DNA of 64,000 nucleotides, taken from an uncultured Phycisphaerales bacterium. GTDB taxonomy: Bacteria; Planctomycetota; Phycisphaerae; Tepidisphaerales; Tepidisphaeraceae. This document shows, one piece after another, positions 39,986 through 49,396 of this stretch. The stretch spans positions 2,080,001 to 2,144,000 of the forward strand of contig CAVWVQ010000003.1 in the NCBI GenBank assembly GCA_963758525.1. Direction: 5' to 3'. Numbering within the stretch: the stretch's first letter is position 1; every line of letters begins with the position of its first letter. The notes beneath the pieces are model-generated. The model saw only the letters and a program-made list of their open reading frames with translations. It was not told the DNA's origin and searched no databases. The translations under genes were made by a program, and so were the position numbers.

Positions 39986-41428
39986 TTATGCCGCTTTGAC
40001 CGCGGAACTTGTCTCAGGCTCCGCCATCAGCTCGCGGCTGCTCCGGCAGCGGTTGATCCCGTCCAGCGCGGCGACCTTATAGCACTCAGCGAGGGTCGGG
40101 TAATTGAAGATCGACTCGATGAAGTAGTCAATCGGCATCCCCGCTGCCATTACGGCTTGGCCGATGTGAATCAATTCCGTCGCGCCGGTTCCGATTGCAT
40201 GCACCCCCAGCAGCCGGCGGCTTTGGGGGTGGAACAGCAGCTTGAGCAGGCCGAACGGATCGGCGATGAGCTGCCCGCGGGCGATTTCGCGATAGCGGGC
40301 CAAGCCGACTTCGTAGGGCAGTCCCTGTTGGGTCAGCGATTGCTCGGTCGCGCCGACCATGCTGATCTCCGGAATCGCATAGATGCCGTAGGGGAACAGT
40401 GCCGAGGGCTGCTCTGCCAGCTGGTGAAAGATGTGGCTTGCCGCCACGCGGCCCTGTTCCATGCTTGTTGCCGCCAGCGCCGGAAATCCGATCACGTCGC
40501 CGGCGGCATAAATGTGGGGCACCACCGTCTGGTACCATTCGTTGACCTTGAGCCTCCCGCGATTGTCGGCGCCCAGGCCGGCGGCTGCCAGGTTCAGTTT
40601 TTCCGTCGCACCCTGCCGTCCGATGGCGTACAGCAGCATCTGGGTGTTGATCGTTTTGTTGCTCGCCAGTGTCGCTTCCACGCCATCGGGCGTCAGCTCG
40701 ATCTTCGAGACTGACTCTCCCAGCCGCAGGCGGATGCCCATGTCGCGCATGCGAAACTGAAGCGTTTCGCCCAGCTCATCGTCGATAAATTCAAGCAGGC
40801 GCGGCCGCGAATCAACCAGCGTCACCTTGACCCCGACGGCCGCCATCATGCAGGCGTATTCGGTTCCGATGACTCCGCCGCCGACGATGGTCATGCTCCT
40901 GGGCAGCGCGGTCAGCGACAGCAGCTCGGTGCTGTCGATCACGCGGTCGTGGGTGAAGGGAACATCGGCCGGTCGGGCCGGCTCGGTGCCGACGGCAATC
41001 ACGACATGATCCGCCCGGATCGACTGCACGTCGTGCTCCTGCGCGATGCGGATCGTATGCGGGTCGACAAACGACGCGTCACCGAAGAGCAGCACGATGT
41101 TGTTGCGGGCCATCTGATTGCGGATGACGTCCACTTCCGTGCGCACCACGTGCCGGGCGCGGTAGAGCAGATCCTCCATCGTGATCGCCTGCTTGACCGA
41201 GTAGCTCTCGCCATAGACGGAACGCTCGCGGATGCCGGTCAGATGCAGCACCGCTTCGCGAATAGCCTTGCTGGGGATCGTTCCGGTATGAATGCAGACG
41301 CCGCCCACGCTCATCACTCGCTCGATGATGGCGACGCGTTTATTGAGCTTGGCGGCGCAGAGGGCGGCCTTTTGCCCGGCGGGGCCTGACCCGATGACCG
41401 CCAAATCGTAGTGTGAGTCAGAGATCAT
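39986..41428 (-). CDS. sthA: Soluble pyridine nucleotide transhydrogenase
   Basis: GSGPAGQKAA, GGVCIHTGTIPSK (single Cys), GDVIGFPALA.TSMEQGR, FNYPTLAECYKVAA. Confidence 0.92.
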   Translation of the reverse strand: MISDSHYDLAVIGSGPAGQKAALCAAKLNKRVAIIERVMSVGGVCIHTGTIPSKAIREAVLHLTGIRERSVYGESYSVKQAITMEDLLYRARHVVRTEVDVIRNQMARNNIVLLFGDASFVDPHTIRIAQEHDVQSIRADHVVIAVGTEPARPADVPFTHDRVIDSTELLSLTALPRSMTIVGGGVIGTEYACMMAAVGVKVTLVDSRPRLLEFIDDELGETLQFRMRDMGIRLRLGESVSKIELTPDGVEATLASNKTINTQMLLYAIGRQGATEKLNLAAAGLGADNRGRLKVNEWYQTVVPHIYAAGDVIGFPALAATSMEQGRVAASHIFHQLAEQPSALFPYGIYAIPEISMVGATEQSLTQQGLPYEVGLARYREIARGQLIADPFGLLKLLFHPQSRRLLGVHAIGTGATELIHIGQAVMAAGMPIDYFIESIFNYPTLAECYKVAALDGINRCRSSRELMAEPETSSAVKAA

Positions 41429-41536
41429 GCAGTTAACGCGTCTATCGGGCGAACCGACGCCCGGCATAACCGGTACAGCTTTTGGGGGACCGATTTATCG
41501 GACGGCGAAATTTCCGGATTTGGCGAGGGGCGGGGC

Positions 41537-42595
41537 GTGCCGATACAGAGAACTGAAATGACCGAAATGAATGAGAGTGCCGGAGATGCAGCCGATGACC
41601 GGCCCAGCCCTGACGTGCCGCCGCTGCGGCTGCGGGCGATGCCGCCGCGGCAGCTTCCGATGTGGCTCGGTGTTATGACCGCGATCGTCGCCTGCATTGG
41701 GCTGTCCTGGTTTCTGTATCCCCCCGCGAACACCGGCGGCACGCCGCTGCAGCTTGCGTACCGCGGCGTGCTGACGCTCGGCGGCCTGTTCGTGCTGGTA
41801 ACCGTTGCCGCCGCTACGTGGAAATCACTTCACGGGGAGCGCGTGACTGCCCGGGAACTGCGCCGGCTGCTCGAGATGCTGCCACGCGTGCGATCCGGAC
41901 AGTTGCCCATCGACGAGTTGAAGCTGATCGACGATTCGCTTGCCTCATTGTCCGCCGAACTGCAAGAAATGCTTCACGAGTTGCGTCAGCAGCGTGCTGC
42001 CGTCTCGGCGATGGAAGCGGAGCTTCCGCAGCGAGTCGCGAGCCGAACCAGCGCGCTGGAGCGCACCATCGGCTCGCTGCGCCAGCAGGCGATCCGCGAT
42101 CCGATGACCGGGCTCTACAACCGCAGGCTGCTGGATCAGCACCTTCCTCCGATCGTCGAGCGCTGCCGCGTCTCCGCCTCCAACCTCAGTCTCCTGATGG
42201 TGGATGTCGACAACTTCAAGGTGCTCAACGACACCCTCGGGCATGCCGCCGGCGACGAATTGCTGCGTGACGTCGCGCAGATCATCCGATCAACCATTCG
42301 CGAGAACGACGTGGCTTTCCGCTACGGCGGCGACGAGTTCATTGTCGTCCTGGAAGGGTTTGATGCCGAGGCCGGGGCGGCGTTGGGCGACCGGCTGACA
42401 TCCCTGGTGGACGCATTGGCCCAGACCTTGCGCGTCAGCCCCAAGCCCCGCCTTTCGATTGGCGTCGCGACAATCAAGGATCTTGCCAAAGCCACGCCCG
42501 CTTCTCTGGTTCAGGAAGCCGACCGGCTGCTGTACGAGGAAAAGCGCAGTCGCAAGGAGCGCCGCGACCCCGGGCCGGGGCGGATTGCGGTGTGA
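41537..42595 (+). CDS. Membrane diguanylate cyclase (2 TM, coiled coil, GGDEF)
   Basis: DPMTGLYNRR, DVDNFK.LND.LGH.AGD, RENDVAFRYGGDEF (intact I-site RxxD). Confidence 0.92.
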   Translation: MPIQRTEMTEMNESAGDAADDRPSPDVPPLRLRAMPPRQLPMWLGVMTAIVACIGLSWFLYPPANTGGTPLQLAYRGVLTLGGLFVLVTVAAATWKSLHGERVTARELRRLLEMLPRVRSGQLPIDELKLIDDSLASLSAELQEMLHELRQQRAAVSAMEAELPQRVASRTSALERTIGSLRQQAIRDPMTGLYNRRLLDQHLPPIVERCRVSASNLSLLMVDVDNFKVLNDTLGHAAGDELLRDVAQIIRSTIRENDVAFRYGGDEFIVVLEGFDAEAGAALGDRLTSLVDALAQTLRVSPKPRLSIGVATIKDLAKATPASLVQEADRLLYEEKRSRKERRDPGPGRIAV

Positions 42596-42620
42596 GCGAA
42601 TTCGGAATTTCGCCTCCCCC

Positions 42621-42648
42621 TTGCAGCCCTCCCGGACTTCGCTAGAAT
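42621..42648 (+). promoter_or_regulatory. Sigma70-like promoter TTGCAG-N16-TAGAAT for rpsR
   Basis: -10 box ends 10 nt before the ATG; no SD. Confidence 0.45.
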
Positions 42649-42658
42649 ACTCCCCCTT

Positions 42659-42937
42659 ATGCCCAGACCCGAATCCGCCCGCGAGCGCCGCGAAAAAGCC
42701 GAGAAGTTTCAGACATTTAACCGTCCCAAGGTGAAGGTGACTCGCACCAGCGCTTCGGGGAAGGTCTACATCGACTATAAAGATACCGAATCGCTGCGCA
42801 AGATGGTCAGCGGCAATGGGAAGATCCAGGCCCGCAAGCGCACCAGCGCCAACGCCATGGAACAGCGCATGCTTGCCCGCGCGATCAAACGAGCCCGCTA
42901 TATCGGCTTGCTCGCGTATGTCGCAACCAGCGCGTAA
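42659..42937 (+). CDS. rpsR: 30S ribosomal protein bS18
   Basis: IDYKD..LRK...GKI.ARKRT...QR.LARAIKRARYIGLL. Confidence 0.92.
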   Translation: MPRPESARERREKAEKFQTFNRPKVKVTRTSASGKVYIDYKDTESLRKMVSGNGKIQARKRTSANAMEQRMLARAIKRARYIGLLAYVATSA

Positions 42938-43402
42938 GGCCTTTGCCGCGCGAAGCGTTCGATGGCGGAAACCCGCCAGGGTGGCAAGCGTCAGTTCATT
43001 CCTTTCCGACCCTCCCGCGAAACAGCGAGCCCGCCAGGATGGGAGAGGGGGAAAGAGCTACAGCACGCGATCCTGAAAATCGCGTAGGCCCACCGCAGCC
43101 GCTGCGAATTTTCGGCGGAAGCACATTACACGCCAATGTGATATTAATCCGATCTTCATTAGGGCGAGCGATGATATGAGGCGAGAAGTGCGCGCCGATT
43201 GAGCGCTGGCAGCTTAGAGCCCGTTTCACAATCCCACGCGTGTCGAGGTACTCCGAAGGCTCGGATCGATCGTCGGAAATCCGAGGCTGTGGAGTACCTC
43301 AAACTCGGCATGGGTTGATCGGGGACCTTGAAACCGCTTCTTAGCGCGGACTTCATAAATTGATCGGCAGGTTGGGCCGATCTGGAAGCCGAGGGCGTTG
43401 AG

Positions 43403-44037
43403 ATGAGCACAACGTTGCAATTCCGCCAGATGGTTTCTTCCAAACACCAGGCCGTGCGGCGCTGGGCTCAGCACTCGCTTGGAGCAATCGAGCACGAAGA
43501 CCGCGTCGCCCGCACCGCCGAGGCTCTCGCCCGCGTCACATCCGCTTACCATTGCCTGACCTTGGCCGATCTTCGGCTCCTCGCGCTCGCCGCGGTCGTT
43601 CACGATGTCGGCCGGAGCATCGACGATGAGACCCACCCCCGCCAGGCGCGCGGATGTTGCTCCATGAGCCAAGACTCCCCCTCAGCAACGATGAACGCCG
43701 CTGGCTCGCCTACCTGACGCGATATCATCGCGGCTGCGTTCCCGATCGGGGCTGCGACGGCATCCTCCGCCGTTCCGACCCGCACGCGCGCCTCGCGCTG
43801 CTGCTGGCGTTTCTCCGCGCCGCCGATGCGCTGGACAGCCGATCCGCCGAAACACCGCAACTCAATTTCAGTCTGCATGGCGGAAAGCTGCGCATCCTCT
43901 GCCACATCGAGGACCCCAGCCCCAAAGCCTGCCGGGTATACACGCGACGCAAGAAGTTTCGTCTTCTGGAAGAGCTGTTGAATCTGCGCGTCGATGTGCG
44001 GATTGTCACGGAAACTGCCTCGTGCGCGGCCGCATAG
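43403..44037 (+). CDS. Stand-alone HD-domain protein resembling the Ppx/GppA C-terminal domain; apparent frameshift near 43650
   Basis: HEDRVA, AAVVHDVGR..H, RYHRG, LRAADALD. Confidence 0.75.
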
Positions 44038-44062
44038 CCCTCCTTGAGTCTGAGGGGTAGCA

Positions 44063-44590
44063 TCACAGCGGGCGCAACTCCCAATCCACATTCAAGGCGT
44101 CGCACGTTGCCGCCAGATTCTGGCGAAGCTGCACGACCGCAACGGCGCTGGGAACCGAAAGCGTCAGTTCCATTTCAAACAGCGGCGCCCCGGTATAGGG
44201 CGCCGGCGTGAAGCGTGTTTCCAGGCTCTCGATATTGACGAGCATCTGCCGCAGCGTGTGCGAAACCCGATGAACGATCCCCGGCTGATCGATCGCCGTT
44301 GCAACCAGCCGATACCTCCGCGCCGCCCCGGCCGCGCCCGCCGGCGCGTCGCTGACTGAACGCAGCTCGGCATGCAATCCGCTCGCCTGCGCGAAGCGGG
44401 CGAGGCCGTCCTTCAATTTGCCAAGCGCATCGCCCGCGCCAGCCACCAACAGCATGATGGCGAACTGTCCGCGGAGGTTGACCATCCGGCTGTCTTCGAT
44501 GTTGCCGCCGCTGTCGAAGATGAATCGGGAGACCTCATCCACCAGGCCGGGGCGATCGGTTCCAAGAGCGGTGAGAATCGCGTGTGACAT
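44063..44590 (-). CDS. Double-ACT GcvR-like regulator
   Basis: LTALGTDRPGLV..GGNIEDSRM; AIDQPGIVHRVS..NIESLET. Confidence 0.85.
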   Translation of the reverse strand: MSHAILTALGTDRPGLVDEVSRFIFDSGGNIEDSRMVNLRGQFAIMLLVAGAGDALGKLKDGLARFAQASGLHAELRSVSDAPAGAAGAARRYRLVATAIDQPGIVHRVSHTLRQMLVNIESLETRFTPAPYTGAPLFEMELTLSVPSAVAVVQLRQNLAATCDALNVDWELRPL

Positions 44591-44653
44591 GCGATCGAGG
44601 ATACGGCAGCGAGGCAGGGAGGAAAAGGCGGGGGGAAAGGTAGCAGGGGGAAA

Positions 44654-44806
44654 AAGGCACGAAGGCACGAAGGCACGAAGCACGAAGGCACGAAGGGAAG
44701 GACGCTGCGCGGCGGAGTAGTTATTATCAAATCCCCCTTCCTTACCCTTCGTGCCTCCGTGCCTCCGTGCCTTCGTGCCTTTCCCTCTCCGTCCCTTCGT
44801 GCCTTC
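44654..44806. repeat. GGCACGAA octamer-array inverted element
   Basis: Arrays face their reverse complements; the spacer is near-identical to the 49188 copy. Confidence 0.85.
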
Positions 44807-45903
44807 CCCGCACATCCTCATAAATCGCCGCATCGATCTCCCGCATCCGGCGGTCGTGGGCGGCGTCGCCGCACGCGCCGTTGCAAACCACCGCGACCAC
44901 CAAGTGGTGTTCCGGATCGGCGTACGCCGTCGAGGACTGGAAGCCGTTATGTCCAAAGGTCGATTCGCCGGCATCAACGCCGAAGCCGTACGGCACCGTG
45001 TCCGCCCCATGGCGGTTGGAGTTGATGATGAATCCGAGACCCCAGTCGATCACATGGCGAAAGGTCTGGTCGTACATGCCGACGCGCTGGCGCGATGTCG
45101 AGCGCCTGCACGGTTTCGGGCAGCAGGACGCGGTGTCCGCCGGCCAGTTGACCATCGGACAACAGCATTTCGTAAAACCGCCCGAGCTCGCGAATAGGGC
45201 CGTGGGCGTTGGCCGCGGGCCGGGGTTGGATGACGGCCTCACGCAGGTTCCACGGAGCCAGCGGCTTGAGCGTTCCGCTTTCCGTCTGCTGCAAAACCCC
45301 CAGACGATCGCCGTATTCGTCGAACCGCTCGGGCGGCATGCCGATCCAGGAATCGTTCATCGCCAATGGCAGGCAGATTTCTTCGCGGATGTAACTGCTG
45401 AACGGCCTCCCGCCGAGGCGCTGCACGATCTCGCCGAGAATGAACCAGCTTGTCGTCGCGTGGTAGCCGGCCTTTTCGCCCGGAATCCAATCCCGCTCCA
45501 TCGGCATGGCACAGATTTTCGCCATGATCTGCTCCCAAGGCGCCCGCGGCCAACCCGTGTCCAGCCAGCGGATGCCAGCAGTGTGAGTCAGCAGGTGACG
45601 GATCGTGACCGAATCCTTGCCGTTCGCGCCAAACTCTGGCACGTGCCGCGCCACGGAGTCTTCGATGTCGAGCTGTCCCAATTCCCACAACTGGCCGATT
45701 GCGACGGCCGTCAGCGGCTTGCTCGCGGAAAGCCAGATCATCAACGTGTCGGTCGTCATCGGGACGCCGGGCCGCGACTCGCCGATGGCGAAATCCGCCA
45801 CCGTTTTTCCTCGCTGCGAGACGTACACCTGCGCCCCGATGTGGAGCCCGGCCAACATGCCCGCGCGGATCACCTCGCGCGTGCGAGGCAGAGCGTCCGC
45901 CAC
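44742..45903 (-). CDS. Serine hydrolase (beta-lactamase class C-like); apparent frameshift near 45100
   Basis: LSASKP (SxxK), LLTHTAG, PGEKAGYH, FGHNG. Confidence 0.85.
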
Positions 45904-46001
45904 CGTCTGATCTTGGAAATTGCGTGCAGGCACGATTTCTGATGACGCTTCCCCGTGGCATGGGCGTCCCGCGCGTCCCGCCCATGCCACGGGGAAGCGA
46001 A

Positions 46002-46715
46002 TCAACTCCCGGGTGATCCTGTCGATTTTACTTCGCCAAATTTCAAGATGGCTTCCACACAAGGCGGACCAGGGACTCCAGGAAGACGATCCTCCTCTGA
46101 TCCAGCAGTTGAGCCGGTCGTGGGCATCAACTGATAAATCCTGTCCGCATGCCGCTCGAACATTGCCGAATCATGGTGGCTGATCATCAGCACCTGAAAC
46201 CCCAGGGTTTTCCCGGCCTCGCGAACGATCGCGACCAGCCGCGGGACCAGCGACGGATGCAGCCAGCAGTCCTGCTCGTCGAGCACGAGAAACCGGCGGT
46301 GTTCCTTTTCGTCGAGTGTGGTCAAGGCCAGGAGCCGCAGGCCCACCGAGAGGATGTTGGCGACGGAGCCGCCTTGCCCGTCGATGATGTTCTCCTTTTT
46401 CCCCTGGCGTTCGATGTGAAACTCGATCGACGCGACGCCGTTCTTGAAGCCGCGCTCCGCTTTCAACTGGATCGGCTGCTCCAGCACCTCCTGCAATGCC
46501 CGGCTGAGCTGTGATTCCACCGCCGCGATGACCTGCTGAAAAAGCTGCTGGCCCAGCAGATCCAATGCATCGCGCACGGCATCGGCAACCGAGAGGTATT
46601 CGGCGAGCTTCTGCTGTTCGCCCGCGACGAAGCGCCGCCGCTCCGCCATCGCTTCGCGGCGATGCACCAGCCGATCGCATCGGCGGCGCAACGCATCCGG
46701 CATCGGAACGCTCAT
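46002..46715 (-). CDS. C-terminal ABC-ATPase half of a split SbcC/Rad50-like protein
   Basis: Coiled coil, signature-like QGGSV, Walker B FLVLDEQ, H-loop MISHH; no Walker A. Confidence 0.8.
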   Translation of the reverse strand: MSVPMPDALRRRCDRLVHRREAMAERRRFVAGEQQKLAEYLSVADAVRDALDLLGQQLFQQVIAAVESQLSRALQEVLEQPIQLKAERGFKNGVASIEFHIERQGKKENIIDGQGGSVANILSVGLRLLALTTLDEKEHRRFLVLDEQDCWLHPSLVPRLVAIVREAGKTLGFQVLMISHHDSAMFERHADRIYQLMPTTGSTAGSEEDRLPGVPGPPCVEAILKFGEVKSTGSPGS

Positions 46716-46716
46716 C

Positions 46717-47010
46717 TCACGCGTCGCCAAAATTCTTCTCCGCTTCGCCGAGGTCGGCTTCAATCTTCTCGAGGTGCCGCTGGTACTCGGCGCGCTGCCG
46801 TTCGTTCTCGGCATTCATCGCTTCGAGCTGCCTCTGCAGCTCGGCAAGATCGTCCGTCTGGAACTGCTCACGCGCCTCCTGCTTCAGGCGGGCAAGCTGC
46901 TCCTCGGCATTTTTCAAGTCGGCCGCGGCGGTGATCTTCCGCTCGTTGAGCTTCGCGTGACGCTGGCGCAGCGATTCGATCGATTCCTGTTTTTCTGTTC
47001 TAGCTGGCAT
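46717..47010 (-). CDS. Small coiled-coil protein (middle piece of the split SbcC system)
   Basis: Heptad-rich 97 aa with FQTDDLAEL; coupled to both neighbours. Confidence 0.7.
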   Translation of the reverse strand: MPARTEKQESIESLRQRHAKLNERKITAAADLKNAEEQLARLKQEAREQFQTDDLAELQRQLEAMNAENERQRAEYQRHLEKIEADLGEAEKNFGDA

Positions 47011-47950
47011 CGTGCAGCACCTCATCGGCCAGCGCGAGAATCTGATCGCGCATGCGCTGGTCGTCAAATTGTTCGAGATTGCGCCGAAGGAACTCGCGGA
47101 CTCCTTCGCCGGACGTTTTGAACTTCTGCAGCGCGGCAAGCCCCGCGACGAACTGCGATTCTCCCAACTCGACATGATCGCCGACGATCTCGGGGTGAAA
47201 GACTTCCTCGAACGGCGCGTGCGGCACCGCGATCGTCGTCGCGATCCACGCCAGCGGCGTCACGTCAATCCGAAGGACGGATGGACGGTGTTCCCGAATG
47301 GCGTCGCTCCGCTTGATCCGGCTGATGTTGCCGGGATTGCACCACGTCGTCGCGCCGCACACCACCTGTTGTGCGGCTTTGTGAATATGCCCGTTGATCA
47401 GCAGATCGATGCCGGGAATCTCGTGGCATTGAATGGCCGAGCCCAGAAATTCTCCCGCGCCAAATGCGATATCGTGATGCGTGATCCAGAATGTCCAGCG
47501 CGGATCGCCCACCTCGGCGCGGTCCACCCGCGCAGGCAATGGCTGTCCCCAGCTGGTTCCCCCGACGGCAATGGACACGCCGTTGATCTCGCCGGTCCAC
47601 GTTCCCCGGTCGAGCAGTCGGAGCCGGCCGGCAGCGAGGAGGATCGAAAGGGTGTCGTTGTCCACCAGCGCATTCTCGCTGCAGTCGTGATTTCCGCCGA
47701 CGGTCAGAACGAGCTGGCCTTCCAGCACCCGCATCAATTCAACGGTCACCCAGTTGGCATTGTCGCGCGGGTAGTGGAACAGATCGCCCAGCACGATCGG
47801 CAGCAGCCGCTCGCGCCGGGCCAGATCGAGGCACCAGCGAAACTTCGACAGCGTCACGCGCGGATAGTCGTCCTTGCGGAATCCGGGGACCCGGCTGCAG
47901 AGGTGCGGATCGCCAATGCAGAGAATGCCCGCATAAGGCAGCTCAAACAT
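47000..47950 (-). CDS. SbcD/Mre11-like metallophosphoesterase nuclease
   Basis: GDPH, LGDLFH, GNHD, THH, NGHIH, NPGNISR. Confidence 0.85.
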   Translation of the reverse strand: MFELPYAGILCIGDPHLCSRVPGFRKDDYPRVTLSKFRWCLDLARRERLLPIVLGDLFHYPRDNANWVTVELMRVLEGQLVLTVGGNHDCSENALVDNDTLSILLAAGRLRLLDRGTWTGEINGVSIAVGGTSWGQPLPARVDRAEVGDPRWTFWITHHDIAFGAGEFLGSAIQCHEIPGIDLLINGHIHKAAQQVVCGATTWCNPGNISRIKRSDAIREHRPSVLRIDVTPLAWIATTIAVPHAPFEEVFHPEIVGDHVELGESQFVAGLAALQKFKTSGEGVREFLRRNLEQFDDQRMRDQILALADEVLHDAS

Positions 47951-49160
47951 GCGCGTGCTCCGCTTCGAGCACCGCTTCGCAAGTCGTCGGGGCGCCGCAG
48001 GTCGGGCAATTCGGATGCGCGTCCACCCACGCGCGCACCTGCTCGCGCAGCCCGTCGATTGCCGTTTGCGCCAAAATCAGATCGGCTTTCGCGGCCGTGC
48101 GCCGAGCGGTCAGCTCTCTGCCGCGCGAGATCAGGTTCTTCATCGCCAGTGGCCGCTGAATATTTTCTTCCGGCGGACCGGACAAGGCCATCAGACCGCG
48201 ATCGATTGCCTGCGCCTGGCGGGATTGCATGAGGGCAGCGCGCATCTTCTCAGTCAGCAGCCGCAGCGCGCTGGGGTCACACCAGCGCGGCGGAGATCGA
48301 AGATCCTTCACCACTGCAGCTCTGATCTGATGCTGCCGCAGGCCCGCGGAGGCTCTGGAAATACCTTGAATCGTTTTCACTAATTTCGAGGTGTCGATCC
48401 ACGCTGGCGGGGCCATCAGCGGCTCGGCGGCGCGCACGCGATTCGCCTGTGTTTCGCGTTGTTGTCGCGCCCGGCCGAGACGATCGACAGCATTCTTTCG
48501 CGATAACATCGCGCGATCTGATTCGGCAAGCGCTCGGTACGCCTCTTCGAGTCGCGCCGTCCGTTCCGACAATTCCGTCACGGGCGCGGTCGATTCGAGC
48601 CGTCGATCCAGCGCCGCCGCTTCTGAAGCGAGCCGGTCATGATCGCGCCGGGCGTCCTTTACCTTCTCACGATGTCGCTTCTGCATCTCCAGGAGCTTTT
48701 CGGCATCCGATGAGCTGGCGAAAAACGTCGCCGCTCGCGCGGGAGGGTCATCCAGCAGGAAAATCGGTGACTTCTGCAGGCCAAAATGGACAAAGAACGA
48801 ATCGCCCGAATCATTTGGCGGATCGATGCGCGGCATGCGCAGATAGCGATGCAAATCCTCAGGAACATCGCCGCGCAGACGTCCGATCTCGCGGCCGTCA
48901 ATGACGTAGCTGACAACACCCTTGCGCCGCTGCCAGGTGAGGACGTGACCGTCATCGGTTTCGACGGTGACCGACGCGTCCTTTTCCCCGTGCCGCACCG
49001 CGAAATCCGCCGGCTTGTTGTAGCAGAGCGTCTGCAGCGCATGCACAACCGCGGATTTGCCGCAGTTGTTTGGACCGACCAGCACCGTCAGCCCCGCCGC
49101 CGGCTCGATGACGGTCCGTCCGTGGGCCATGTAATTCTCGAGGATGATCCTCCGGATCAT
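47943..49160 (-). CDS. N-terminal half of a split SbcC/Rad50-like ATPase ending in a zinc hook
   Basis: I.LENYMAH, Walker A GPNNCGKS, Q-loop FGLQ, coiled coil, CPTCG 15 aa from the end. Confidence 0.85.
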   Translation of the reverse strand: MIRRIILENYMAHGRTVIEPAAGLTVLVGPNNCGKSAVVHALQTLCYNKPADFAVRHGEKDASVTVETDDGHVLTWQRRKGVVSYVIDGREIGRLRGDVPEDLHRYLRMPRIDPPNDSGDSFFVHFGLQKSPIFLLDDPPARAATFFASSSDAEKLLEMQKRHREKVKDARRDHDRLASEAAALDRRLESTAPVTELSERTARLEEAYRALAESDRAMLSRKNAVDRLGRARQQRETQANRVRAAEPLMAPPAWIDTSKLVKTIQGISRASAGLRQHQIRAAVVKDLRSPPRWCDPSALRLLTEKMRAALMQSRQAQAIDRGLMALSGPPEENIQRPLAMKNLISRGRELTARRTAAKADLILAQTAIDGLREQVRAWVDAHPNCPTCGAPTTCEAVLEAEHAHV

Positions 49161-49187
49161 GACGGGATTGTAGGGGGAAAGGGAAGA

Positions 49188-49332
49188 AGAGGCACGGGGG
49201 ATAAGGCACGGGGGAGAGGCACGGGGGGACAAGGCACGAAGGCACGAAGGGGAGGACGCTGCGCGGCGGATCTTTTTTATCACATCCCCTTCCTCACCCT
49301 TCGTGCCTCCGTGCCTTCGTGCCTTCGTGCCT
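49188..49332. repeat. GGCACGAA octamer-array inverted element
   Basis: Same arms and ggacgctgcgcggcgga spacer as the 44654 copy. Confidence 0.85.
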
Positions 49333-49396
49333 TTCTTCGACTGGCCTTTCTTCCCAGTCGCACCTTTCCCCTTCCACGGCTATAACCCGCCAACCG

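Noticed and set aside
41520..41548. GCCGATAC sigma28-like -10 box before the GGDEF gene
   Set aside because: No matching -35 element at the expected spacing.
46002..49160. Wadjet/MukBEF or a frameshift-split sbcC
   Set aside because: No kleisin, KITE or Toprim partner was recognised, and a whole nuclease gene separates the halves.
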